Source of the DNA: Candidatus Binatia bacterium
GTDB taxonomy: Bacteria > Desulfobacterota > Binatia > Bin18
Direction of reading: 5' to 3'
Length of the DNA: 64,000 nt
NCBI GenBank assembly: GCA_963664395.2
Contig: OY761159.2
Coordinates: 3,488,001-3,552,000 of the forward strand
The notes below the pieces were generated by a model, which had not been told where the DNA came from, ran no database searches, and saw nothing but the letters and a program-made list of their open reading frames with translations. This document shows positions 20,517 to 31,693 of this stretch, piece by piece. A program made the translations under genes and the position numbers. The first letter of the stretch is position 1. Every line of letters starts with the position of its first letter.

Positions 20517-21347
20517 TTACTGGGTATCCTGCCCCAACGCCTGCTTGGCCTCCTGCCACAATTCCTCCAGCCGCGTCAGTGAGGTCTGATGGATATCCTC
20601 CCGGCTGTGTGCGAGTTGCTCTTCGATGTAACGAAAGCGTTTGTTGAAACGCCCGTTGGCTTTGCGCAGGGCAGACTCGGCATCCAGGTCAAGATGGCGG
20701 GCCAGGCTCGTCAAAGCAAGCAACAGGTCTCCGAGCTCATGTTCCTGGTGCTGTGTGTGAGTGGTTGCCAGTGCTGCTTCCAATTCCTTGTACTCTTCCG
20801 CCACCTTTTCAAAAACCGCGGTGGCTGACGGCCAGTCAAAGCCGACTCGGGTGGCCTTTTCGCCTAAACGCTGAGCCTGGATTAAGGCTGGCGCGCCTTT
20901 GGGAACACCCGCCAGGATGGATTGATCCGCGGTTCCTTTTTTGTCCTTTTTTGCCTCTTTTTCTTTTTTTTCTTGGGCTTTAATTTTGGCCCAGTTCCGA
21001 CTGACCTCTTCGGCGCTCTCGACTTTCAGGTCACTGAACACGTGCGGATGGCGGCGGGTCATTTTATCGGTAATGGCTTGGGCAACATCGTCAATAGTAA
21101 ATTCACCAGCTTCGGCCATCAACTGAGAGTGAAAAACGATCTGGAGGAGTAAATCGCCCAATTCCTCTTTCAGCTCAGTCCAGTCTTCAGCCTCAAGCGC
21201 CTCCAGCACTTCGTAGGTCTCTTCGACGAGGTAGGGCTTGAGTGTCTGCGGCGTTTGCTCTTTATCCCACGGGCAGCCGTTTGGACTGCGGAGGGTCGCC
21301 ATAATTTCGACGAGTCGATCAAATGCGGGATGGGTAGGGCCTGCCAT
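20517..21347 (-). CDS. mazG: Nucleoside triphosphate pyrophosphohydrolase MazG
   Basis: LRSPxGCPWDxEQT, EELGDLLLQ, RRHPHVF, GFDW; start inferred. Confidence 0.95.
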   Translation of the reverse strand: MAGPTHPAFDRLVEIMATLRSPNGCPWDKEQTPQTLKPYLVEETYEVLEALEAEDWTELKEELGDLLLQIVFHSQLMAEAGEFTIDDVAQAITDKMTRRHPHVFSDLKVESAEEVSRNWAKIKAQEKKEKEAKKDKKGTADQSILAGVPKGAPALIQAQRLGEKATRVGFDWPSATAVFEKVAEEYKELEAALATTHTQHQEHELGDLLLALTSLARHLDLDAESALRKANGRFNKRFRYIEEQLAHSREDIHQTSLTRLEELWQEAKQALGQDTQ

Positions 21348-21435
21348 GGCAGACGGCATAAAGGAAAAGCGGACAGAAGGCAAGAACCGAGCCGGACTGA
21401 AGCACGTAGGCTGATGGGCCATATCCCGTGCAACC

Positions 21436-22072
21436 CTAATCAATCACTTTTTTCGTTGTCCGAAAATGCAGCTTGGCAACTTGGCTCAACGTCGCCGCGT
21501 CATACTGCTCCACAAAAGCTTTGCCGGCGCTGATGACTTGCATACTTGCGCCTTTGGGCAAAGTGATCGCAAAGCGGCTGCTTAAATCCTGCAAGCGCCG
21601 TAAGAACTCTGCCCGTGCGACAATTGAGGCTGCTGCCACAGCCAGCTCTTGTTCGGCGCGCGGCTTTTGAATGAGCTTGACCGTGCGGCCTTTTTGCATG
21701 AGGGCATTATTGAGAAAGCGCGCATTCCCGAATTGGTCGGCAATCACCTGTTCACACGTGACTGTTTCCAAGAGATTTTCTATGGCGCGGGCATGTCCCC
21801 AGGCGAGCATGGTGTTGAGATTCTTGAGCGACGCATACAGGCTGTTATAGCGCTCAGGGACCAATGGTCACGAGGGTGGTCGTACACAGCGTGCGGATGT
21901 GGGCGGCCAATATGCCGGCGCGTTTATCGGACAGGGTCTTGCTATCCCGCACTCCCAAGTCGCGGAGCTGTGCTTCTTGGTCTGGAGTAACGTGTGCCCC
22001 GGCGATGACCAGCGGGCCGAAATAATCACCCTTGCCGGATTCATCAATCCCAATCGTACCAGCTGTAGTCAT
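21436..22072 (-). pseudogene. rnhC: Ribonuclease HIII, split by a 1-nt frameshift near 21858 (possibly a sequencing error)
   Basis: IGIDESGKGDYFGPL and GVRDSK in ORF 21854-22072; DQF, VAAASIVAR, LPKGAS and KLHFRT in ORF 21436-21864. Confidence 0.85.
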
Positions 22073-22728
22073 GCTGCGTCGGGAGAGTGGAGTGCGGTTT
22101 CCGGACGATGCTGCTCGTCACGAATGATGACTGAACTCCCTTGGACGGCCACCCGGCCTGCGGCAAAGAGCTTGATGGCAGCCGGGTAGATGCGGTGTTC
22201 CTGGGCCAGAATCCGCGCGCTCAAACTGTCTTCCGTATCGTCAGGATATACGGGCACGGCGGCCTGTATGATAATTGGGCCATGATCCATTTCTTCATCA
22301 ACCAGGTGGACGGTTGCGCCAGCAATCCGCACTCCTCGTGCCAGCGCTTGGCGTTGAGCGTGCAGACCGGGGAAGGCCGGCAGGAGGGCTGGGTGGATAT
22401 TCAAAATACGCTGTGGGAACGCCTGAATAAAATGTGCCGAGAGCAGACGCATAAAGCCGGCCAGAACGACCAGCTCAACCTCATGTTCTTTCAAGAGGCT
22501 GACCAGATGTTGGTCAAACTGTTCCCGAGAAGCAAAGTCCGTGTGAGCAATCACCTCTGTTGAGAGACCGTGCCGCTGTGCGCGCACCAGGCCATAGGCA
22601 TCACGCCGGTTACTCATCACAACACGGATTTGGGCAGGCAGGTCTTTACGCTCGATGGTATCGATAAGGGCCTGTAGGTTGGTACCGCCCCCGGAAATGA
22701 GAACCCCAAGAGAAAGAGGTGTCGTCAT
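22069..22728 (-). CDS. purN: Phosphoribosylglycinamide formyltransferase
   Basis: LISGGGTNLQA, LAGFMR, NIHPALLP, GATVHxV, DHGPII. Confidence 0.97.
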   Translation of the reverse strand: MTTPLSLGVLISGGGTNLQALIDTIERKDLPAQIRVVMSNRRDAYGLVRAQRHGLSTEVIAHTDFASREQFDQHLVSLLKEHEVELVVLAGFMRLLSAHFIQAFPQRILNIHPALLPAFPGLHAQRQALARGVRIAGATVHLVDEEMDHGPIIIQAAVPVYPDDTEDSLSARILAQEHRIYPAAIKLFAAGRVAVQGSSVIIRDEQHRPETALHSPDAA

Positions 22729-22743
22729 GTGTCGGCTACGCTC

Positions 22744-23535
22744 TTATAGATCAACGACTCGGGCTACAGTGAAAACATCAACCCTGCGCGCCCCATTCTG
22801 GTACAGGGTTCGGGCACACTCTTCAACCGTAGCGCCGGATGTATATACATCGTCCACAAGAAGCAAGCGTTTTCCCTTCGCCTGGGTGTTCACCTGAAAG
22901 GCTCCTCGGACATTGGCGCGCCGGTCCTCTCTACTCAGCTTCGTCTGGGGTGGGGTAGGCCGGGTGCGACTGAGCAGCCAGGGATCAACTGGCGCTTTGA
23001 TACGCTGTCCAATGGCACGGGCAAAGATGAGAGATTGATTGAACCCCCGCCAGCGCAGTTTGGTAATGTGCAGGGGAACCGGCACAATGCTGTCATAGTC
23101 TTCCCCTCCTTGCGGCTCCGTTTGCGGCTGCTCCGCTTGCGGCTCCTGCGCGAGAGGAAAATGATGCGCCGTTAACCCTGCGAGTGCCTTTCCGGCTCTC
23201 ATATTACGGCCATATTTGAATCGGAGGAGGCTCTGACGTAGGGGCTGAGGTGAGTCGATTGGCGTCCGATACGCAGCCCACGCACGCGCCTGGCGAAAAA
23301 TGGGTGGTTGTGTCAAGCACTGGTGACACACATGATCGGGTCCGACTCCGGAGGCAAAGGGCCGGCCGCAACAGGTGCAGAGCGGGGAGCGGATGAATTG
23401 AATCCAGCGCTGACACTTCAGGCAGAATGCTTGGCCCGGAGGAGGACAGACGTGGCAGTTGAGACAGCGCCACGGATACAGCAGGGTGAGTGCTGTCCGA
23501 GCTGCGGTGTTGATCCGCTGAAGCCCGGCTTGCAT
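22744..23535 (-). CDS. comF: ComF family double zinc-ribbon/phosphoribosyltransferase protein
   Basis: CxxC pairs, VPLH, RGFNQS, LLVDDVYTSGAT; start inferred. Confidence 0.9.
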   Translation of the reverse strand: MQAGLQRINTAARTALTLLYPWRCLNCHVCPPPGQAFCLKCQRWIQFIRSPLCTCCGRPFASGVGPDHVCHQCLTQPPIFRQARAWAAYRTPIDSPQPLRQSLLRFKYGRNMRAGKALAGLTAHHFPLAQEPQAEQPQTEPQGGEDYDSIVPVPLHITKLRWRGFNQSLIFARAIGQRIKAPVDPWLLSRTRPTPPQTKLSREDRRANVRGAFQVNTQAKGKRLLLVDDVYTSGATVEECARTLYQNGARRVDVFTVARVVDL

Positions 23536-23824
23536 GTAACCCTTCTGAATACTTATGATTTTCCCTCTCCCTGGCGATTTCTTGTCGTATGAAAATTTTT
23601 TTGTGGACTTGTTTTGGGAGCGGCGCTCGTATATTGGTAGCTGCACTATACGCAGATTTTTTCTTGGCCCTGCTCCATTAGGGATACGGCTGATAGGTAG
23701 CGCTCCTAATCCATAACAGAGGGACGAGACCTCCCTCTTCCAGTATTCCGCCAGAGCCAAAAGCGCTACCCTAACGCTACCCTGCCAAGCCGAGACAGGT
23801 GTGGGCCAGAGAGAGGAATTGGTC

Positions 23825-24271
23825 ATGGCGAATACCCAACGTGCAATCGCGCCAATGTTGCGATTGCCCGCTGCTCTGGACGAAAGACCTTATCTTGTCG
23901 GGTATCAGTGCCCCGATTGTGACGCAACCTATATCGGTGGGAACCGGGTCGGGTGCGGTAAGTGTACGTATATCGGAGATTTGCCCGAGGTGCAGCTCAG
24001 CGATCACGGCACGCTCTACGTCTATTCTATTGTGCACCAGTCCGCACCGGGTATCCCTGTCCCGTACGTATCCGCAATTGTTGACCTCCCGGAAGGGGTG
24101 AGCGTTCGGTGCAATTTAGTCGATATCGAGCCCGATCCTCAAAAGATTGAATTCGGCATGCCCGTAGACATGGTGACGCGTAAGGTGCGGGAACGGAAAG
24201 AAAAAAATGCCGATGGAGATGAACAAACAATTGACATTATTGCTTTCTTTTTCAAGCCGCGCAAAAATTGA
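23825..24271 (+). CDS. DUF35-type zinc-ribbon/OB-fold protein
   Basis: CPDC...CGKC, GTLYxYSIVH, PYVxAIVDLPEG; directly upstream of a thiolase. Confidence 0.85.
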   Translation: MANTQRAIAPMLRLPAALDERPYLVGYQCPDCDATYIGGNRVGCGKCTYIGDLPEVQLSDHGTLYVYSIVHQSAPGIPVPYVSAIVDLPEGVSVRCNLVDIEPDPQKIEFGMPVDMVTRKVRERKEKNADGDEQTIDIIAFFFKPRKN

Positions 24272-24303
24272 AGGCAGGCCGATAACCGCAAAGGGGTGTA
24301 GGT

Positions 24304-25440
24304 ATGAGAGACGTATATGTGCTCGGTGTTGGCATGATCAAGTTTGGACGCTACCCGGACAAGGACGTGTCCCAAATGGGAGCAGAAGCGGGAGTCCTCG
24401 CACTCAAAGATGCCGGGGCATCCATCAAGGATGTTGAGTTGCTTGTGTGCGGGAACTTGTTCCAAGCCAGTGCCATGAATGCCCAGAAGATTCTGCAGCA
24501 AATTGGCCAAACCGGTATCCCTGCCCTGAATGTAGCCAATGCGTGCGCGACTGGTTCGACAGCCTTTCGCGAGGCCTATATCGGTGTCGCGTCGGGTATG
24601 TACGATGTCAGCATGGCCGTTGGTGTTGAGCAGATGGGTAAGATGGGCCTGCTCGGTGGCGGAGCACGGAGCGGAGGAGAGAGCGTCGAAGGTGTGTTGG
24701 GCAGTGGCCTCATGCCAGCCGTCTTTGGTCAGGCCGGCGTAGAACATATGCGCAAGCACGGAACGACGGCTGAGCATTTCGCGAAAATCTCGGTGAAGAA
24801 TCATAAACATTCAGTCCACAACCCCTTGTCCCAATATCAGGTTGAAGTGTCGCTCAATGATGTGATGAATGCCCGTATGGTTGCCTATCCCAATACGCTG
24901 TATATGTGTTGTCCGACTGGAGATGGGGCCGCCGCCGCGATCTTAATGTCAGAAGACAAGATGAAGCAGTTCACCAGTAAGCCGGTAAAAGTCGCGACTT
25001 CTGTCTTAACCTCGGACCCGTATACCGATCGGGATCTGACGATGCCGGATGTCAATACGTTGACTCAGAATGCGGCAAAAGAAGCCTATGAAAAAGCCGG
25101 CATTGGACCGCAAGACCTGAGTCTGGTCGAACTCCACGATTGTTTTGCCACAGCTGAGCTGTTGCATTATGAAAACTTGGGCCTGTGTGCTGAAGGCGAA
25201 GCCGGACGGATGATTGATGAAGGACGGACCGAGCTGGGTGGAGATATTCCAGTCAACGTGAGTGGGGGCCTGCTCTCCAAGGGTCATCCGCTTGGGGCAA
25301 CCGGGATCGCGAATATCTATGAAATCGTGACGCAGCTTCGAGGCCGGGGGGGCGCGCGCCAAGTTGAAGGCGCAAAGGCCGGTCTCGCCCATGTGATCGG
25401 CCTTGGGTCGGCCTGTACGATCCATATCCTGACTGCCTAG
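24304..25440 (+). CDS. SCP2-type thiolase family protein
   Basis: NACATGS, ELHDCF, NVSGGLLSKGHPLGATG. Confidence 0.9.
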   Translation: MRDVYVLGVGMIKFGRYPDKDVSQMGAEAGVLALKDAGASIKDVELLVCGNLFQASAMNAQKILQQIGQTGIPALNVANACATGSTAFREAYIGVASGMYDVSMAVGVEQMGKMGLLGGGARSGGESVEGVLGSGLMPAVFGQAGVEHMRKHGTTAEHFAKISVKNHKHSVHNPLSQYQVEVSLNDVMNARMVAYPNTLYMCCPTGDGAAAAILMSEDKMKQFTSKPVKVATSVLTSDPYTDRDLTMPDVNTLTQNAAKEAYEKAGIGPQDLSLVELHDCFATAELLHYENLGLCAEGEAGRMIDEGRTELGGDIPVNVSGGLLSKGHPLGATGIANIYEIVTQLRGRGGARQVEGAKAGLAHVIGLGSACTIHILTA

Positions 25441-25554
25441 TTGCCGGGTTGTACGATTGTTTTGTGTAGGGGTTGTGCATAAGAGTCACCAACTCCTACC
25501 GTGCCTGTGCGGAACGTACCTGCACGACAGAAGACGGACCGTGTGAGGGGGGAT

Positions 25555-26043
25555 ATGGACCTACCAATTGTAAAAAAGCTGAGAAAAGAGCTTGACGAGT
25601 TATACCGCGAGCTCAATGTCCGCATTCCAAAAGACCTCCAAGAGGCTGCCGCTCATGGTGATCTGAGTGAAAATGCCGAGTATGACGCGGCTCGGGCGCG
25701 TCAAGATTATGTCCAAGCCCGCATCGCCCAACTCACTGGACGGATGCAGCAACTCTCGCTGTATGATCTATCGAGTATTCCAAAAGCTTCGATTGCCTAT
25801 GGCAGCCGGGTAAAACTTGAAGAAGTCGGTTCGGGTGATGTTGTTGAGTATCAGATTGTTTTTCCCGAAGAAGTTGACCCCGCTGTGGGACAAATTTCAC
25901 TCCACTCTCCGATTGGTCAGGCTCTCTTGCACAAGGAGCTCGACGACGAGGTAGAGATAGTAACCCCTCAGGGGAAGCAGTCCTACACTATTATTGATCT
26001 GGCAACACTGCGTGATATTGAGAACGGTAGAGAGAAGGAATGA
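25555..26043 (+). CDS. greA: Transcription elongation factor GreA
   Basis: HGDLSENAEY and ISxxSPIGxAL. Confidence 0.9.
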   Translation: MDLPIVKKLRKELDELYRELNVRIPKDLQEAAAHGDLSENAEYDAARARQDYVQARIAQLTGRMQQLSLYDLSSIPKASIAYGSRVKLEEVGSGDVVEYQIVFPEEVDPAVGQISLHSPIGQALLHKELDDEVEIVTPQGKQSYTIIDLATLRDIENGREKE

Positions 26044-26106
26044 GGTGGGATACGCCTCTTGCGTGATGGGAGCGGATCGTTTAGCGTAGTGGAGGAAAGC
26101 GAGGGG

Positions 26107-26134
26107 AAAGTGGGCGGGAGCCCACTTTTTTTTT
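26107..26134 (+). promoter_or_regulatory. Hairpin plus T tract upstream of rimP (leader/attenuator-like)
   Basis: AAAGTGGGC-GGGA-GCCCACTTT followed by T run. Confidence 0.65.
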
Positions 26135-26138
26135 CAAT

Positions 26139-26669
26139 ATGCAACCCTCAGTCCAAGAGATTATTCAGCAGATTGAGAAAATTAGCACTCCTCTAGCCGA
26201 GGATGAAGGCTTTGAGCTGTGGGGTGTGGCTCTGTTGACCGAGGGAGGCCGTTGGGTACTGCGGGTTTTGCTTGAAAGCGAAAATGGGGTGACGCTTGAC
26301 GATTGTACGCGAGTCCATCGACAACTTAACGATTTGCTTGATGTTCATGACCCTATTCCATGGCGCTATACACTTGAGGTGTCTTCTCCGGGCATTAACC
26401 GTCCGCTCTTTCGCCTCAGCCATTATCAACGCTACCTGGGACAACCGATCCGCTTACAGACGAAGACCGCCCAGGATGGTAAGCGGGCTTTCATTGGCCC
26501 TATATGTGAAGTAGAAGAGAGCGCTATTAGCCTAGTTGACCAAGAAAGAGGAAAGGTTCGTATTGGCTGGGCAGATGTGGCGCGTGCCCATGTTGATCTT
26601 CCCCCACCCCTGCCTGGTAAAAGTCCTGGGAAGAAGAAACGCAAAAGCGGACGACGTCAGATGAGGTAA
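26139..26669 (+). CDS. rimP: Ribosome maturation factor RimP
   Basis: GVTLDDC and YTLEVSSPGINRPL. Confidence 0.95.
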   Translation: MQPSVQEIIQQIEKISTPLAEDEGFELWGVALLTEGGRWVLRVLLESENGVTLDDCTRVHRQLNDLLDVHDPIPWRYTLEVSSPGINRPLFRLSHYQRYLGQPIRLQTKTAQDGKRAFIGPICEVEESAISLVDQERGKVRIGWADVARAHVDLPPPLPGKSPGKKKRKSGRRQMR

Positions 26670-26674
26670 CCGTT

Positions 26675-28127
26675 ATGCCGTCAGACTTGAATCGTGTGAT
26701 CGAACAAGTCAGTAGAGAAAAAGGGATGGACCGGAACGTCATTGTTGAGGCGCTTGAGAGTGCCATGCTGTCTGCGGCCCGTCGGACCTTTGGGCAAAAG
26801 CAGATCGAAGCGAAGTTTAATGAGGAAATAGGTGAGGTTGAACTCTTTGAAATTAAAACTGTTGTCGGGAGCGTGACAGACGCGGAAACCGAAATAGGAA
26901 TGACTGACGCGCAAGAGACACTCGACCCTGAGGCGCAGATTGGCGACGAGCTGCTCAGCAAGCTCCCGACGGCTTCTTTTGGACGCATTGCAGCCCAAGT
27001 GGCAAAACAGAGCGTCATCCAGAAGGTGCGCGAAGCAGAGCGCGAGCTGATCTATAATGAATTTAAGAATCGTAAAGGCGAAATCTTCTCGGGGATCGTC
27101 CAACGAGTCGAACGGCGTAACATCATTGTCAATTTGGGTCGCACTGATGCGATTCTGCCCGAAAAGGAGCAGATTCCATGGGAGCGCTACCGTCAGGGAG
27201 ACCGTATACGGGCGTATATCCTTGATGTCGATATGGCGCAAAAAGGCCCCCAGATAGTTCTCTCTCGAACCCACCCCGGATTCTTGATCAAGCTGTTCGA
27301 ACAAGAGGCCCCGGAGGTGTACGAAGGGATTGTGGAAATCAAAGGTGCAGCCCGAGAACCGGGGGCGCGCGCAAAGATAGGTGTGTACTCAACCGACTCG
27401 GATGTCGATCCTGTTGGAGCCTGTGTTGGGATGAAGGGGACGCGTGTCCAGGCGGTTGTCCAAGAACTCCGGGGAGAACGGATAGACATCGTTCCGTGGA
27501 CGTCTGACCCAGCTGAATATGTCTGTCGAGCCATCCTGCCGGCCAAGGTTGCCAAAATTATTCTTGATGAAGATGAAAACACGATGGAAGTGATCGTCCC
27601 GGATGATCAGCTCTCTCTTGCCATTGGGAAGAAGGGCCAAAATGTCCGCCTGGCTTCACGTCTGACAAACTGGAAGCTGGACGTCCGGTCTGAGTCAGAA
27701 GTAGAGTTGGAACATGCCCAAGTACTTGAAGTGTTGAATGCCATCCCGGGGATAGGGGAGTCGAACGCAGATATTACGGCAGAGCTCTTGTATCAGCAAG
27801 GCTTTAAGTCGGCCCAAGAGATAGCAGGTGTCGATATTGATGCGCTGCTTGAAATCGAAGGGATCGGACCAGAGCGGGCTCCTGCGATTTGGGAAGCGGC
27901 CAGGCAGCAGGCGGAGAAAGTAGCGGCGGAACAAGAGGCTGGGCTCGGTGATCAGGGCACAGCGGCTGTTGCTGTGCCGGAAGCACAGGTCGGAAGCACA
28001 GGTGCCGGAAGCACAGGTGCCGGAAGCACAGGTGCCGGAAGCACAGGTGCCGGAAGAACCCGCCGAGGCAAGCGACAGTGAGGGAGACGGCGCAGAGACG
28101 ACAGCGGAAGTCTCTGAGGACGCATGA
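26675..28127 (+). CDS. nusA: Transcription factor NusA (ORF as given ends 28081; corrected frame ends 28127)
   Basis: FGRIAAQ, REPGxRAK, DPVGACVGxKG, LSLAIGKKGQNVRLA; C-terminal repeat contains a 2-nt deletion. Confidence 0.95.
27974..28055 (+). repeat. 15-bp tandem repeat GTGCCGGAAGCACAG, ~5.5 copies
   Basis: Direct reading; the second copy lacks GC. Confidence 0.9.
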
Positions 28128-28390
28128 AGCACAACGAGCCGATTCGGACCTGTCTGGGATGTAGCCGGCGAGAGAAGAAAAGCCGGTTATTACGGTTGAC
28201 GGTGACGTCTGAGGGGCGGATCGTTCCCGATCAAAGACGGGGTCGAGGTGGGTATCTTCATTCAAGCCGAGAATGTGTTAATGCTTTTGTCAATACACGG
28301 ACGAAGAATTGTCGTTCATTACGAGCGGTATTCTCCCGGGAGGTACGGGCCAGCTACGCTGCCCTGATTGAATCCAGCCTGTCGGTGTGA
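28124..28390 (+). CDS. ylxR: YlxR/DUF448 RNA-binding protein
   Basis: PIRTCxGC...GRGGYL; lies between nusA and infB. Confidence 0.85.
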   Translation: MKHNEPIRTCLGCSRREKKSRLLRLTVTSEGRIVPDQRRGRGGYLHSSRECVNAFVNTRTKNCRSLRAVFSREVRASYAALIESSLSV

Positions 28391-28410
28391 AGAGACGGCG
28401 ATGAGGTCAT

Positions 28411-31272
28411 ATGTCACGGAAGCGTATCCATGAATTAGCCAAGGAATGGGGAGTCGGAACGCGGCAAGTTCTTACTCAGCTTGAAGCGCAGGGTATCCAT
28501 CGGAAAAAAGCCCAGAGCATGCTCTCGGAACAAGAGGCCGCCGCCGTGCATCAGGCTATTCAGCCACCCGCGGCTCCCTCGCTGGTGCTCGGGGAAGAAA
28601 AAGTCGTTGCCGAGCGTGTTGTCACCGAGCTTGACCAGCAAAGAGAGCATGTCGTTACGGCTCGGGAAGAGATTCGCGAGAATCGAATTCGCCCAAACGT
28701 TATTCGACGCCGAAAGCGCGTCGAAGTCCTGAACGCTGATACGGCTACGTGGTCTGAATCCGCACCTGTCGCATTTTCAGCGCCAACGGTCGAAGAGCCG
28801 CTTCCGACGTTTGCTCCTACAGCGTTTGATCTCCCGGTACAAGATCCAGCTCCGAGCATGCCTGAATCCCACTCTGCCGAGGCACCCGCCGTTGAGCCCC
28901 CTCCTGCAGCAGTGGATGCGCTCCACCAACAGGAGTCCCCTGGCGACGTTGCTGACCTATCCGTACCAGTGTCGGTTGACGGCGGAACAGCGAGCGCAGA
29001 GGAAGGAAAGGGGTCTCCTGAACAAGCGGCGCCCAGTTCCGTAATCACCAGCGGTGACATCCCTGCCGAGGCACAGCAACGCGCGGTTGTGACAGCAGCA
29101 CCCACTCCAGGAGACGCCAGTAAAAATTTGGTCCCAGCGTCAATGAACCTCAGCAGCGAGGGTCCTCGTTCGGCACGTGTGCTTGGACGGATTGATCTTG
29201 GCAAATTCGCCGTGCCCCCTGCCCCGCGGCGGGATGGTTTCACCCGGCCGGGCTCTTCTACCCCCTTTGCTACCGATGCCGGCATCCGTGAGCCTACGAG
29301 TGGTGAAGGAACAGCTGCTCCTGGGAAAAAGCGAGGCAAGAAGCGCAAGGTCATCCGGAACGCAGAGTCGCTCGATGTCCAAGAGCGAGCGACGCACGTC
29401 GCGCGCGGGGCCAAAAAGAGACGGCTGCTTCCGAGCAAGGATCAGCGCCAGACCGAAATTACGGTTCCCAAGGCCAGCAAGCGAGTTGTTCGTATATCCG
29501 AAGTGATTACCGTTGGAGATTTGGCCCATAGCCTCGGAGTGAAGGTTGGGGAGGTCATTAAAAAGTTGATGGGTCTTGGGGTCATGGCGACCATTAATCA
29601 GATCCTCGATCATGATACGGCTTCGCTTGTGGCTGCTGACTTCGAATATACGGTCGAGAATGTTGCCTTTGATGCGGAGTCTGTTCTGGAAGACGAGCAC
29701 GAAGCTCCAGAGGATGAGGGCGCGCTCGAGACTCGGCCGCCGGTTGTGACCATCATGGGGCATGTAGACCATGGGAAAACGTCGCTGTTGGATAAAATCC
29801 GGCAGACGAATGTCACCGCTCACGAACAAGGCGGGATCACTCAACACATTGGGGCATATAGCGTGCCGGTCGAAAACCGCAGTGTGACGTTTCTTGACAC
29901 CCCGGGCCATGAGGCATTCACGTCTATGCGTGCCCGTGGAGCGAAGGCAACGGATATTGTCACGCTCGTAGTGGCTGCGGACGATGGCGTCATGCCCCAG
30001 ACGATCGAGGCCATTAATCACGCCCGGGCAGCCGAGGTGCCCATTATTGTTGCGGTGAATAAAATAGACAAACCAGGCGCAGATAGTGAACGGGTAAAGC
30101 GCGAATTGATATCTCATGGTCTGGTCGCAGAGGATATGGGCGGGGACATTATTTTCGCTCCGATTTCAGCACTCACCGGAGAGGGGATTGAGCATCTCTT
30201 GGAAATGCTTATTCTCCAGGCTGACATCATGGAGCTGCGAGCAAATCCGAACAAATTTGCTCGCGGGGTCATTGTGGAAGCCCAGCTTGATCGGGGTCGT
30301 GGGCCGGTCGCTACCGTGCTGGTCCAAGAGGGAGAGTTGAAAGTCGGTGACTCATTCGTGTGTGGTACGAAACACGGCCGGGTCAGGGCAATGCTTGATA
30401 GTTTGGGCAAGAAGGTGCCAGTTGCCTCTCCCTCGATGCCTGTAGAGATTCTTGGTCTGACCGGAGTGCCTGAGGCGGGGGATACGTTTGTCGCTATTGG
30501 TGATGAAGCCAAGGCGCGCCAGATTGCAGAACACCGCACCGAGAAGCGACGTGAGAGCCAATTGACAAAGAGTAGCCGGACCTCACTTGAAGACTTTTAT
30601 CAACAAGCCCAAGCCGGAGAAGTGCAAGAGCTTCGGGTTATTATTAAAGCAGATGTCCAAGGCTCCGCCGAAGCTGTGCGCGATGCCCTGACTCGGTTGT
30701 CTACCGACGAGGTAAGGCTCACCGTGCTCCACGCGTCTGTTGGCGGCATCTCCGAATCCGATGTCTTACTCGCCTCAGCCTCGAAGGGCGTTATTATCGG
30801 ATTTAATGTCCGTCCCGAGGTCAAGGCCGCTCAGCTTGCGGACCGAGAGGGCATCGATCTGCGACTGTACGGCATTATTTATAATGCCATTGCTGATGTT
30901 CGTGCGGCTATGGAGGGCATGCTTACTCCGACCTATAAAGAAAAGCCGCTTGGTCGAGCAGAAGTCCGAGAGGTCTTCTCGGTTTCAAAAATGGGACTGA
31001 TTGCCGGTTGCATGGTTGTGGAAGGCGGGGTCACTCGCGGTGCTCAGGTCCGGGTTGTGCGTGATCACGTTGTGGTCCACACCGGTCGCCTTTCGACGCT
31101 GCGTCGATTTAAGAACGATGTGCGAGAGGTCGCAGCGGGAACGGAATGCGGGGCCAGTGTCGAAAATTTTCAGGACGTCAAAGTGGGCGATGTCTTGGAG
31201 GTGTATGAGCTCGAAGAAGTCGCGCGCCACCTCGAACCACGCTCCCAAGAAGTGGAACGCCGCGCTTCGTAG
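28411..31272 (+). CDS. infB: Translation initiation factor IF-2
   Basis: [27 protein letters not shown]. Confidence 0.98.
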   Translation: MSRKRIHELAKEWGVGTRQVLTQLEAQGIHRKKAQSMLSEQEAAAVHQAIQPPAAPSLVLGEEKVVAERVVTELDQQREHVVTAREEIRENRIRPNVIRRRKRVEVLNADTATWSESAPVAFSAPTVEEPLPTFAPTAFDLPVQDPAPSMPESHSAEAPAVEPPPAAVDALHQQESPGDVADLSVPVSVDGGTASAEEGKGSPEQAAPSSVITSGDIPAEAQQRAVVTAAPTPGDASKNLVPASMNLSSEGPRSARVLGRIDLGKFAVPPAPRRDGFTRPGSSTPFATDAGIREPTSGEGTAAPGKKRGKKRKVIRNAESLDVQERATHVARGAKKRRLLPSKDQRQTEITVPKASKRVVRISEVITVGDLAHSLGVKVGEVIKKLMGLGVMATINQILDHDTASLVAADFEYTVENVAFDAESVLEDEHEAPEDEGALETRPPVVTIMGHVDHGKTSLLDKIRQTNVTAHEQGGITQHIGAYSVPVENRSVTFLDTPGHEAFTSMRARGAKATDIVTLVVAADDGVMPQTIEAINHARAAEVPIIVAVNKIDKPGADSERVKRELISHGLVAEDMGGDIIFAPISALTGEGIEHLLEMLILQADIMELRANPNKFARGVIVEAQLDRGRGPVATVLVQEGELKVGDSFVCGTKHGRVRAMLDSLGKKVPVASPSMPVEILGLTGVPEAGDTFVAIGDEAKARQIAEHRTEKRRESQLTKSSRTSLEDFYQQAQAGEVQELRVIIKADVQGSAEAVRDALTRLSTDEVRLTVLHASVGGISESDVLLASASKGVIIGFNVRPEVKAAQLADREGIDLRLYGIIYNAIADVRAAMEGMLTPTYKEKPLGRAEVREVFSVSKMGLIAGCMVVEGGVTRGAQVRVVRDHVVVHTGRLSTLRRFKNDVREVAAGTECGASVENFQDVKVGDVLEVYELEEVARHLEPRSQEVERRAS

Positions 31273-31361
31273 TCGGTACAGGGGGAAAGCGGGGAGTTGG
31301 TGCGGACAGGCGACTCTGGCCTGCCGCCTATCCGCTCCCGTGTCATATCGGGAGGTGGCCG

Positions 31362-31649
31362 ATGGTTGTGGGCGTGCTCCGACTGATCCTCTACTGTCAT
31401 GCGAGTCATTCCTTAAAAGAGAAACGTGGCGTCGTTCGGAAGATAAAGAGCCGCGTCCGGAACGAATTCAACGTTTCAGTCGCAGAGTGCGCCGAGCAAG
31501 ACCAGTGGCAAACCATTGTTCTCGCGGTCTGCCAAGTCGGCTCCGATCATGCCTATGTTGAGGGAACATTACAGGCAGTGACGAACTTTATTGAACGGCT
31601 GCATGTGGCTGAGCTGGGTGAGACGCAGGTCGAAATCCTGCATTGCTAA
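31362..31649 (+). CDS. DUF503 family protein
   Basis: SHSLKEKR...FNVSVAE; typical position after infB. Confidence 0.88.
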   Translation: MVVGVLRLILYCHASHSLKEKRGVVRKIKSRVRNEFNVSVAECAEQDQWQTIVLAVCQVGSDHAYVEGTLQAVTNFIERLHVAELGETQVEILHC

Positions 31650-31693
31650 AGGCGATGTGGTGATCTCAATGCGCCGCCTGAATAAATATTATT

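Noticed and set aside
23536-23826. Long N-terminal extension of comF
   Set aside because: It spans the divergent promoter region; ComF-like sequence begins near 23535
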